In this document: positions 11,774 through 22,774 of the stretch, piece after piece
Position numbering within the stretch: the stretch's first letter is position 1
Layout of the letters: each line of letters opens with the position of its first letter
Origin: Geosiphon pyriformis uo1
Taxonomy: Eukaryota; Fungi; Glomeromycota
Reading direction: 5' to 3'
Assembly (NCBI GenBank): GCA_016748015.1
Contig: JAAOMT010000550.1
Location: 1 to 32,588 of the forward strand
Length of the DNA stretch: 32,588 nucleotides
Notes under the pieces: model-generated
Database searches by the model: none
What the model saw: only the letters and a program-made list of their open reading frames with translations
Told to the model about the DNA's origin: nothing
Translations under genes and position numbers: made by a program

Positions 11774-12532
11774 GGCTGATAAACTGTGGCTTCAACTAGA
11801 GGATCTTCTCCAAAGAAATTGATGTTTGCATGGTTAGATCTTTGATTGGGAACATTATTGTTATTGATTCTATTGTTCTGATTGTCATTATTTCTGGAAA
11901 CTGGAGGAGGCAAAGGAGAATTGTTGCAATCTCTGGAGAAGTGTCCAGTTAATCCACAGCAATAGTACACAAGTGGGCCACAATTTTGTTGTCTTTGATA
12001 AGGGAGTTGTTGAGACTGATTAAAGCGGAGTTCAAATCTGGGTCTCTGGGATTGTTGATTTTTTCTGACTGCTTGTGCTAAGGGCTCTAATAACTGGGCA
12101 AGATTTGCTGTAAGTCTGTCTATCAATTGTTCATTTGGGTCTTGGGTTTGGGCAGTGAAAGAGGTAGCAGCCATTTGAGAAGCAGAAGCCATGACAAAAA
12201 TAGGAGCAAAAACTGAAAGTATAGATCCCAAATGCATTCTTTGGTTGTTTTCAATTTGTTGGGCAAGTTCAATAGTCATGTCTATTGTAGAGTTGTTCTT
12301 CAGAGCCAAGAGAGGCCAAAGAGCATAAGATAAATTAGTTCTCAGTTCTTTTGTAAAGAAATGAATTTTTTGCTCTTCTGTTTAGTTCCTTCCAGAGTCT
12401 ACATGCTTGATCAATTTTCTGATTGCTTTGGCATATTTAGTTACTACTTCTCCTGGGTCTTGGGTTCTTCTTTTTAATTCCATGTGCCACTTGGATATCA
12501 AGATTGGAGTTCTGAACTTGTTTTCAAACTGG
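11764..12532 (-). pseudogene. Element A gag, 3' part (capsid C-terminal part, Q/N-rich region, CCHC knuckle)
   Basis: It reads FENKFRTPILISKWHMELKRRTQDPGEVV... and YCCGLTGHFSRDC (mutated Cx2Cx4Hx4C). Confidence 0.88.
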
Positions 12533-13418
12533 TGTTACAGTTGATTATTTGGGGTCTCAAATCAAATAACAAATCCATAACTTGGTGCTCAATTGATATA
12601 ATGTTGTTGATAATATCTGAAAGTATTGTTATCTGAAGGTTTTGGTTGAACTGAAGGTTTTGTTGTGGAGTTCTTTGTATAATAAAGAGAGATTCAATGG
12701 TAATAGTTTTATTCATAGCTTCCTGAAACCGCAGTTTTATCAATTTCTTTCTCAACTTGATGGCTGGTATTTCTTTTGGTAAGCTATCTTCAATCGAGTG
12801 TTCTATCCTTATTTCTGGGTTTTTTACCAGTCACGTTTATCCTGACATCAGTGCTCACATGTTAATCTTCAATAAAGTTAGTAAACAACAATAAAATCAA
12901 AGCAGAAAATAAAAAAAATAAAAAAAATAAAGAAAGAAAAGAAATAAGCCAAGATGATTTTACAAGGTAGTATTCTTTCAATAGCCATGATTAAGAGCTA
13001 TTGTTCCAGTGTAGTTAAGTATCAATTATTATCAACATGAAATATTGATAGTAAAAATGGATTTTGAAATAACAAATAGTTATTTATTAGATAATTGTAA
13101 TTTGGAAAGTTGCTTAAATTAAATCTAAACTGAGAGGTCTGTCTTTTCAGTTTCTAATCCTACTGCTATATATACATAATTAAGATTCCTTAATTCCTCA
13201 ATTCTCCACAACAGGAATTCTGAGATTCCTGAAATCTTGCAATTCTTTTAAGAGGAATCTTAGAATTCTGGAATTCTGCGATTCCTTATGAGAATCCTGT
13301 AATTTCTGGAATTCTGCAATTTCTGAGAGGAATCCTGGAATTCCACATTTTACTATGTTTACTTCTGATTGGCTAATAACTATGCTAATCTCTATTCTCT
13401 ATATTTCTATGAGTAATA
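12533..13418 (-). repeat. Element B 3' LTR
   Basis: Direct repeat of 21898-22774. On the plus strand it runs TGTTACAG...GAGTAATA (terminal CA mutated to TA). Confidence 0.95.
13214..13344. repeat. Degenerate 8-9-bp GGAATTCCT/GAATCCTGC repeat array in U3 of the B LTR (copy at 22570-22700)
   Basis: Repeated gaattct, gaatcct and gcaattc units are visible in both LTRs. Confidence 0.8.
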
Positions 13419-13433
13419 TTATTCCCTCTTTTT
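13419..13433 (-). promoter_or_regulatory. Polypurine tract of element B
   Basis: Minus-strand AAAAAGAGGGAATAA lies immediately before the 3' LTR. Confidence 0.8.
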
Positions 13434-13439
13434 AATATT

Positions 13440-14125
13440 GAGCTCCATCGAAATCTAACTCGTTTAATTTCCACTCTTGAAGTATTTCCTGAATTTTGTT
13501 TTCGAGAATTACTTGTGTTATTTGAGTCTGTAATTCTTCAAATTAAGCATTGGTGATTTTTCTCAATTGATTACTGGTAACCATATCCATGGCTTTGTTG
13601 AATAATATTTCCAGTCTATCCTGAAATGCTGTGTGTATTCAGTATATAGCTTGAGCTTGTGTAAATAAGTTGTTTTTCCCCACAAAATGTTCTAGTTGTT
13701 GTAGTATTGTTGTATTGAATAACCACTTTGTTTTATCCATATATAAATTCTGGATATTTATGTGTTGTCCCAAGTAAAAATAACAATAGTTTCTTGGAAA
13801 TCGTTGTATCCACCAATTCCAAGTTTTCTTAGTCAACTCTTGATATATTGACTTTTTTGTTGATTTTTTTATTGTCAATTTTACTTTTGCAATGATTTTG
13901 TTGACAGTATTTTCTGGTTTTTTCTGTCTTCTGTGTTGTACTGTCTTTCTGGTATCTTGATATCGAATGGTTTGTTGATTGATTGTAATTTCCATTTTTT
14001 GGTGTTAGATCAATTGAAAAAGTTGTTGTGCTAGTAAGTGAATGTTGTTTGTAATTTCTATTTTTTTGCTATTTCCTATTGCGTCTACCATGTCTTTATA
14101 TTCTTTTGATGGATCAATTTTACAT
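13440..14125 (-). pseudogene. Element B extra ORF (~230 codons) between integrase and PPT, function unknown
   Basis: ORF 13639-13995 extends through isolated stops in both directions: KIDPSKEYKDMVDAIG...MEITINQQ...AQAIY*IHTAFQDRLEILFNKAMD. Confidence 0.65.
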
Positions 14126-14129
14126 GTTG

Positions 14130-15430
14130 TTGTTGATGATAATAATTGGTTCCAGATCTCATGAAATCTCATCTGGTTGGACTAGTATTCTCTGTACTCT
14201 TAATTGTAGAATATTATTGGTGGAGTATGGTGTGGTGTTGTGGTATGGTTTCAGTTGATCTCCATGTACTGCTTTGGTTAAAATTTTGTTATCCAGTCTT
14301 AATTTGTAAGCTCCATTTCCTAAAATTTCTTCTATGTGAAATGGTCCATCCCATTTGGGGTCAAATTTTCCACTCTATTGTTTTTCCACTTTGGTATAAT
14401 GTAAGAGTACTTTGTTTCCAATCTTGAATTCAACTGGTTTGTCTGGTAGTTAACTATCGTATCTTTCTTTCTGTTTTTCTTGTGACTTTTGAATATTATC
14501 AGCTGCTCTTCTTTATTTGTTTTCCAATGTTTCCATTAAGTTATATGTTCTTCTCAGCAATGTTTCTTGAAAATTCTCTTCTGTTATTGGTTCAGCTGGA
14601 TATGTATTAATTTTTCTCTCTACTGGTAACATTGCTGTTTTTCCATACACTAATTCAAATGGTGTTGCTTGTGTAGTATCTTGTTTTATTGTCCAATAAG
14701 CAAATAGTACTGATGGTATAAACAAATTCCAATTGTTCTGGTTTTCTTGGTTAAGCTTAGCTATTGTTTCACACAATGTTCTGTTGAATTTTTCGACTAA
14801 TCCATTAGTTTGTGGATGGTATGGTGATGATAATAGTCTCTTAATTCCGAATCTTTGGCTTAATTCTGTTAATGTTCTGTTCACAAAATGAATTCCTTGG
14901 TCTGATAATAATTTTTTTGGACATCCATGTTGACAAATCAAATCCTGATAAACGAATCTGGCAACAAATTCTGTATCCACTCTTTGAATTGCTTTTGCCT
15001 CTGGCCATTTAGTGAGATAATTCATAGTTATTGCTATGTATCTGTTTTTTCTGCTGGTGATTGTTAATGGTCTGACTAAATCAATTCCAATACAGTCGAA
15101 TGGTTGTCCCACTTTGATTGGTCTTAATGGTTCACTAGATCTTGTTCCTCCTCTTTGCTAACAAGCATTACAATTTTGAACATATTAAATAATGTCTGAA
15201 TACATTGATGGCCAATAGTATCTTTTTCTGGTTCTTTCTATGGTTGCTTCTTTGTGAAAATGTTCTGCTGTTGGATTTGAGTGCATGTTGAATAATATTG
15301 TCTCTTTTTCTGGCTCTGTAATTACTCTGGTTGGTTGATCTGAATTTTTTCTGTTCTTCTGATAAAGTATATTTTGGTGAGTGATAAAATATTTTGATTG
15401 TTGTTTGATACTCTTTCATTCCATTTGAGA
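14130..15430 (-). pseudogene. Element B integrase
   Basis: Motifs MHSNPTAEHF...YYWP...CNAC, IGIDLVRPL, LSDQGIHF, SPYHPQTNGLVEKFN and KWDGPFHI are present. No chromodomain is seen. Confidence 0.95.
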
Positions 15431-15639
15431 TAAATTCTCCTTGAACTGTTGAGTAGTTATATAATGTTGAAGTTGTTGATATTTTTGTATGTTTATTTTT
15501 TGTTGTATTTTTTGTTGGTATTGTTCTGGTTTTGTTATATTTTTGGGTTTGAAATGTTTTTAGATTTGTCTTATTCGCAACAAACTGTCAGCATTTTCAT
15601 TGTCTTTTCCTTTCTTATAGTGTATAGTATAAATATATC

Positions 15640-16850
15640 GTAAGAGTGCTATTTTCCATCTGGATTGGTGGCCATCATCACATTCTTGCTTTTGAAGTGA
15701 TGTTAATCTTTTATGATTCATATATATATCAAACTTTTGGCTCAAGTATTTGTTCCACTTCATGACTGCCCAATAGATTGCTAAGTGTTTTTTTGTTCTG
15801 GTGTTCTATAGTTCTTTTTGGCTGGTGTTAGACCTCGGCTGGCATATGCTACTGGATGTTCTCTGCTGTCTAGTTCTCTCTGAAATAGTACTGCTCCCAA
15901 TGCTTGGCCAAATACATTGGTGGTAATGATGAATGGTTTGCTGTGATCTGAATAGATCAGTACTGAAGCTTGAATGAGCTTTCTTTTTAGAATATTAAAA
16001 GCTTCTTGTTGACTTTCTGTCTATTTATATTTTGTATTCTTGGTTTGCAGTTGGTTGAGTGGCTGTGCTATCTTGGAAAAGTTCTTGATAAAACATCAGT
16101 AGTAGCTGGCGAATCCCATGAATGATTTTAGTTCTGTCATATTGGTCAGCACTGGAAAGTTCTTTACTATCTCTATTTTCTCTGGATCCGTTTTAATGCC
16201 GTCTTTGCTGACTATGTGTCCCAAGAATTTTAGTTCTGTCTTGCCAAAGAAGCACTTTATTGTATTTAACTTTAGTCCTGCTCTTCTTAGTTTTTCGAAC
16301 ACTTGTTGTAAATGATGTAGATGATTATTGAATGTCTTTGAGAATACATTGATGTTGTTTAAGTAGATGACTACTAATTTCTATAGTAAGCCAGTATACA
16401 CAATTTCCATTAGCCATTGGAAAGTGGCTGGAACATTGGTTAAGCCAAATGGCATCACTTCAAATTTGAAATTCTCTTCTTTAGTGGTGAATGCTGTTTT
16501 TTTTTTGTCAGCTGGATCTATGGCTACTTGCCAGTAATTACTGTTCAAGTCTAATGTTGAGAACCATTTGTTCCCGCTAAAAGCATCAAATAATTTCTGT
16601 ATTTGTGGAATTGGATAGCTGTCTCCACGAGTTATATTATTGAGTTTCTTATAGTTTACACAAAATTGGATTTTGCCATTTTTTTTATGGACAAGTACTA
16701 CTGGTAACAACCAGGAGCTCATTGATGGTTGGATTAGCCCATTGTCAAGCATTCAGTTTATCTCTTGACGAATAATCTTGTGGCTGGCTGGTGGCATTCT
16801 GTATGCTCTTTGTTTAATTGGCATTGTATTTCCAGTCTTGATTTGATACT
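15640..16850 (-). pseudogene. Element B reverse transcriptase and RNase H
   Basis: Motifs are YPIPQI, FSTLDLNSNYWQV, VMPFGLTN, VIYLNNI (YLDD>YLNN), KFLGHIVS and PVAYASRGL. Confidence 0.95.
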
Positions 16851-17400
16851 AGATGATATCAATTCAGCCAAACTCATTTTTGCTGGCAAAGATGTCATTA
16901 AAGTGGTTGAGCAACATCTTAAGCTGCATATGTTGGAGTGGATCTAAGTTTCCCATGTTTATTTGTTTCAATTGTTCTGGTTGGAGCAAATAACATTTGC
17001 TTCATCCGTATATTATTTGTGATGTAATATCAACATATCCACAAAGTTGTGGAAAGTCTGGAATGGTGCTTGGTAGTTGATCTTCTATTTCTGTAGTCAA
17101 ATATCCAATGGTGGTTCTTTCTGATATCTGGACAATACTTCCAGTGTTATTGTAGATGGGAATTTTTATGCGGCTATAATTTTTGGCTGGTATGTAAAGA
17201 TTGATAAGTCCAATCTCTCCTGACTTACAAAGACTTGCTTTTGTTTCAAAAATTTGGTTTTGATCCTTTATCTTCCTCTCTATTTCTACCATGTATTGAT
17301 CATATAGTAGAATAAAAAATGCTTGACCGATTGAGATAAATTCTCCTTGGCCAACAATTTTTTCTTTCGCCATATTAACTGATACATCTATTCTATTCAT

Positions 17401-17814
17401 TGACCCAAATCTCTGTATCTCTCTTGCTGTTATTCCTAACTCTTCCCTATTTCCCACTGGTACTAACTGAGCTATCTTAACCAATGGTAAAAATATTGCC
17501 TGTGCTATTTTTTTGTTTGGCTCTATTATATAGGCCTTTTCTGAGTCATTTTGTAGCATGGTGATAATATTTTTTACATATCCCATGTTAATTATTCCTC
17601 CTCTTATGTTTATCTTTCTTTTCACTAAACTATTCCTGAATGCTAGTTCAACTATTGTTGTTGCTGGAATTTCTAAAGCTACTTTCAGATCAATGCAAAT
17701 GTGCGACTGTGGTTCCAATTTGATGGCCTCTTTTCTGGGATATCTCAGATCAAATCCAGCATTCATATCATGCACATGTTCTGGCATAATATCTTTATTG
17801 TTATTACTGAACCA
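17401..17814 (-). pseudogene. dut: dUTPase domain within element B pol (between protease and RT)
   Basis: All five trimeric dUTPase motifs occur in order in mutated form: AGFDL, FRNSLVKRK (RSSLAKKG), GGIINMGYVKNI (GIIDxGYxG), KIAQAIF and REIQRFGS (RGxxGFGS). Confidence 0.92.
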
Positions 17815-18059
17815 TTTAAGTTTCTGCTTCTTGGTGAGGTCGGAGAGTGTGATATATTGTTTATAGATTAAATTGGAGTTTAAATCTGAGTTGGAATCAT
17901 TGTTATTGTTAATTCTATTTTGAATGGAGCTGGAACCAGTGTTTTTGTCGTCATCCTTGTCAGAGTTTGAATTGGGATTGAAAATTGATTTTGATTCTGA
18001 TGCACAGCTGCTGATTGGTTCTTCCTCTTCAGGGATTGTGTAGATCATGTGTGGTGGTG

Positions 18060-18700
18060 GATTGTAAATAAAATTACACTCATTGCAATACTGAAAGTCA
18101 CATGGGATCAAACAGTGGTCACATAGTCAGGTGTTTATTTCTTCTAATCTTTGTTCCTGCTCTTTTCTGGTGGGTGCTAAGTTCTGATAGTGTTCATGAA
18201 ATTCTTCTGGACTGTTTTCTAAGTTGAGAAAGACATCTGGATTGAGAACCAAAACAATGTTTGTTGGTTCTGGAGGGTTGTTCTTGATCTCCAAAATTTC
18301 ACTGGGTGAAGCACCTTCCATTTTGGCATTGGCCATTTGCCAGATTTTGTTTTCATTGTGTGGGTAACCTTCTAAGTAAGAGATTGCTCAGTGCCAGACA
18401 GCTGTTATTGGTGTGCTATAACTCACCCAATCACTAATGAGAATTGTGTATTGACACAAAGTGTTGCATGTTCCTCCTGAACCAGAAATGTTGTTCTATA
18501 TTCCTTCGTCGAGTAACTGTTGACTGCAAGCAAGACATGGTTTGTTGTCCCACTTGCCTTGTCATTTTGGGTAACTATAGTGTTCTCTATGACATAGTTT
18601 GCAGTAGTAATGGGTTCACATCCAGTAGTCTTTGTCTGGCATGATCTATGCTCCCATGAAAGAGAGTTTTTTCTTACAGTTCTGACATTTTAAGAGAATG
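18060..18700 (-). pseudogene. Cys-rich putative zinc-binding region of element B pol
   Basis: Translation through stops gives KCQNCKK, YYCKLCH, PCLACSQ, TCNTLCQ and CDHCLIPCDFQYCNEC. Confidence 0.65.
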
Positions 18701-19129
18701 TAAGGTGGCTCTTTCACTGGCTTATGTAAGTATTCTTTTTCTCAGCCACTAGTTATTTTCTCTGTGGCTTCGTCAGCTTTTTCAAGTAAGTCTTCTTCTT
18801 TCTCCTTTCCTTTCCCTTTTTTTTTTCCAGTTGGTTGGCATTGGTTTGTTTTCATTGTTGTTGTTCCAAGCATTGATAGTGGTCTTTCAGGTATGTTTTT
18901 CTGTTTCCGTTCTTTTTCCTTTTACATTGTTTCTTTCTTCCCAGTTTAGAATTGGCAGTAGCTTGTTATGCTTGATGTTGGCCCATGATACTTGGTATGC
19001 CTCCCAAGTAGGCTTTGGTTTTTCCTCCTCGAAATCAATAAGCAGCATTGATGATGTGACGTTGTTTGGTTTGAAATGGCCACACGTGGCTGGTACTTGT
19101 ATGTGTTGGCCATTTTGGCTGAGTTGGAG

Positions 19130-19450
19130 TTCTTACATGTTCCAGTCGAGCATTGCATTGGTCTTGAACAACCAGTTGTTGCCAACAAAAGCTTGGTATT
19201 GTGTTGCTTCTATTACTAGTATTTTGATTGGTACAGTGATGCCATTGATTTCAATGAGTAGATTGTCAATCTTGTCAATAGAAGTTTTGGTTGCTCCATC
19301 AGCTGTTATGATTCTGGCACTGGCAGTACGATCAACTTGGCAACCTAATTGGTTCATAAGTTGTCATGTGATAATGCTGCCTGCTGACCCACTATCCAGA
19401 ATAAGCTTGATAGAATGGCCATCAATTTTGGCATTGGTGTACATTGCCAT
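19130..19450 (-). pseudogene. Element B aspartic protease
   Basis: IKLILDSGSAGSIIT and AFVGNNWL are present. Confidence 0.92.
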
Positions 19451-19582
19451 AATGGGTTTTTCCTCAATAGCAGCTCCACTAAACAAAAAAACTTCTGATA
19501 GTTCCTCAATTTCAAATGGAAATATGACTGCAAGTGACTTGTCTTCTGTGATGGTGGCTGGTGGGATATTGGTGGTAAGTAT

Positions 19583-21870
19583 TAATTGGTTTCTGGGTTC
19601 TTGGGTTGGGCATCTTCTGGTGTAATCAGGAGACTTAAATAGTTCTGGAAATTTGGGTTTTGGGTGGCACCAGTACCCGAATTCCACTGACGAGATCCTG
19701 TTTGCTGGTTTAACAAACTGAAAATCAGTTGGTGGACTATCATCACCGATTACCAGTTTTGTTGTATCATTCTCGGCCTTTGGATTCCATTTTGAGGCAA
19801 GTTTTGTGGCAGTATTTAAATTTGTGGTTGGGGTTGATAAATAATTTAAGGTTGTGACTGATAAATTACTTGTGGCTGTGATTAATAAATTGCAAGTGTT
19901 TGATAGACTGGAGTTTGATATACTGGTGGTTGATAAATTTGTGACTGTGTTATTGGTAGGTAAGTAGTTTGATCTTAATTTGGGTAATGATTCGGAGTTT
20001 GAAATCTGCAATCGGAATTTCGATATTGATTTTCCGATTATGAATTATTGCTATAAAATCTGCAGTTTGCTTTTATGTGTCTTTGTTTACCACAGTTGTG
20101 GCAAACATGCGTTTCTGGCTGCCACTGCTGATTAGATGCTGCTGATAATAATAATGGACGTGACTGATTTTAGAAACAATTCGCATTTCCTGAATTATTG
20201 TATCATTGTAGTGGTTGATAAATTGTGCAATTGTTAGCTAAGTATCCCTCTAATTTCTGATTAATTGAATTACTAAATTGTTTCAATTTGGAATCCAATT
20301 CAGATGATTGATTCATCACTAGGTTCACAGTGTGGGTGTGATTGGCTTCTAATTCAGCAGATTTAAAATCTCTGGTATGTGTGACTGCATTCTAAAGAGT
20401 GGCTGAATGCAATGGGCATATGTGTTGCAGGATGCTACTGCGCAGGCCATGAATAAATTGATTGAAAATTTGTGGCACTGTAAAATAATTAGCATCAATT
20501 GCTTAGATTTGTCACAGATTTCTATGGAAGCATCCCAGATATGTGGTAACTGCTTCAGTTTCTCCTTGTTTAATTGTGGTGAAAGTGTTGGCTAATCTGT
20601 TGATGTTGTTGTTATTGCTAAAGTATCTCAAAAATTCTAGTTTGAAGGTGTTGAAATCTTGGGGTTTGTCAACCAGGCTTTGATACCATAAGTTCACTGT
20701 ATCCTTGAGAAAATAGGGTATGGTTTGAAGTGCTCAGGTGTTATTTCATCCATTCACAGTGATGGCTTTCTCTATGTCATTTAGCCATACTTGTGTGTCG
20801 TCCTCTTTGCTGATAAAGTTGTCAAGTTTTACAATTGGTGCATAGGCCATTGGATCTAAGTTGGGTTGTTGTGGTGGCTGTTGAAGTGGTTGTTGTTGTA
20901 CTGGTTGTTGGAGTAGTAGTTGAAATGACTGTTGTATGGGCTCGGCTATTGGATTAATTGGCAGTTGGTCAATGACGATTACCAGAGGTAAGTTCTGCTG
21001 ATTAATTATTTCAGGGTTTAGATTGTTTTAATTCAGTAGTGCTTGGATATTCGGAGTTTCAATTTCCAGATTTTCCAAACTTGGATTTCGCAAAGTTTGA
21101 ATGTTTGGAGTTCTAAATTCCAAGTTTTCTGAGATCTGGTTTTGGTAAGTGAATTCTTGATCTTTACTTCCTTCTTCTTCTTTCTCTGATAATTCCCACG
21201 GAGTAGTGGTTCTGAAATCTGGTTGGGGTAGTGGTGATCAAATTCCTGATGGCATTGGGGATTGTGATTTAAATCCTTCAAAATATGTGCCATATGGTCC
21301 TAGTAAGTCTTCTTTTTATTGTTTGTTTTGGAACTGCAATCTTCCAAATGTTGATGTTGCATTTAATGTGGACACGTCTGCTGATGAAATGTTGATGGTG
21401 CTTCCAGATATGTAATGATATGATGAAGTAGTTGGTGATTCTATTCTGTGTTTTTTCCAACTAGGTAACTGTATTCTTTTTGGTGTTGCTGCTGGTGTTT
21501 GTATTCTTCTTTTATCTTTGTTTGCATAGGTAATGGGGAATTGTTGCTATATGTATTTTTCAATATTTTGATTGATCTCTCTGATGATTGGTGCAAAACT
21601 ATAGTTCCTTGGTAAGCTGGTATGTTGAAACAATTCCGTATAAAAGTTTTTTCTGGCTGATTCAATGTTTACTGTTCCTCCTAAACAGACAGTAATTTTA
21701 TTATTGACATAGAAGTTGAAGGCTGATTTGGCTAGATAGTAATTACTGTTTAATCCTAATTGTTGATTGTATTGTTGAAACAAGAACTTGGTGAATCCTA
21801 AGTGGTTGGCTCCTATAATTTCTGGTTCTGCTATGTTTGGATGGTGTGTTGTTAGTACTGGTTTTCTGTA
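19583..21870 (-). pseudogene. Element B gag (capsid, CCHC knuckle, Q/P/Y-rich repeats)
   Basis: It has retrotransposon-gag motifs (WYQSL...FKLEFLRYF...IKQGETEAVTTYL) and CHNCGKQRHIKANC at ~20065-20105. Confidence 0.88.
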
Positions 21871-21880
21871 GGCTTATACT

Positions 21881-21895
21881 TCATAGAGAGCACCA
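21881..21895 (-). promoter_or_regulatory. Primer-binding site of element B
   Basis: TGGTGCTCTCTATGA starts 2 nt after the 5' LTR and is complementary to a tRNA 3' end (..GAGCACCA). Confidence 0.85.
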
Positions 21896-21897
21896 AA

Positions 21898-22774
21898 TGT
21901 TACAGTTGATTATTTGGGGTCTTAAATTAAATAACAAACCCGTAACTTAATGCTTAATTGATATAATGTTGTTGATAATATCTGAAGGTATTGTTATCTG
22001 AAAGTTTTGGTTGAACTGAAGGTTTTGTTGTGGAGTTCTTTGTATAATGGACAGAGATTCAATGGTAATAGTTTTATCCGTAGTTTTCTGAAACTGCAGT
22101 TTTGTCAATTTTTTTCTTAGCTTAATGACCAGTATTCCTCCTGGTAAGCTATCCTCAATCGAGTGTTCTACCCTTATTTCTGGGTTTTTTACCAGTCACA
22201 TTTATCTTGACATCAGTGCCCACGCGTTAATCTTTAATAGAATTAGTAAACAACAATAAAATCAAAGCAGAAAATAAAGAAAATAAAAAAAGAAAAGAAA
22301 TAAACCAAGATGATTTTGTAAGATAGTATTCCGTCAATAGCCATGATCAAGAGCTATTGTTCCAGTATGATTAAGTATTAATTACTATTAACATAAAGTG
22401 TTGATAGTGGAAATGGATTTTGAGATAACAAATAGTTATTTATTAGATGATTGTAATTTGAAGAGTTGCTTAGATTAAATCTAAACTGAGAGATCTGTCT
22501 TTTCAGCTTCTAATCCTACTGCTATATATACATAATTAAGATTCCTTAATTCCTCAATTTTCCACAACAGAAATTCTGGAATTCTTGGAATTTTGCAATT
22601 TTTTTGAGAGGAATCTTGGAATTCTGGAATCCTGCAATTCCTTGTGAGAATCTTGTAATTCCTGGAATCCTGCAATTCCTGAGAGAAATCCTGGAATTCC
22701 ACATTTTACTATATCTACTTCTGATTGGCTAATAACTATGCTAATCTCTATTCCCTATATTTCTATGAGTAACA
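21898..22774 (-). repeat. Element B 5' LTR
   Basis: On the plus strand it runs TGTTACAG...GAGTAACA and is a direct repeat of 12533-13418. Confidence 0.95.

Larger units (their letters stand above)
12533..22774 (-). mobile_element. Full-length Ty3/Gypsy LTR retrotransposon B carrying a dUTPase, nested in element A gag
   Basis: It has two ~880-bp LTRs with TG..CA termini, a 4-bp TSD CTGG (12529-12532 and 22775-22778), a PBS and a PPT. Internal order is gag, PR, Cys-rich block, dUTPase, RT, RH, IN, extra ORF. Confidence 0.97.

Noticed and set aside
12498-12755. ORF within the LTR (also 22481-22702)
   Set aside because: It is not maintained as the same ORF in the partner LTR or the solo LTR.
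19575-19610. Frame change between gag and protease in element B as a programmed frameshift
   Set aside because: No convincing slippery heptamer or structure is present, and a post-insertion indel explains it equally well.
18831-19625. 264-aa hydrophobic plus-strand ORF, and similar antisense ORFs (10366-10617, 11037-11288, 14146-14427, 17558-17866)
   Set aside because: They are shadow frames of the A-rich minus-strand pol and have no independent motifs.
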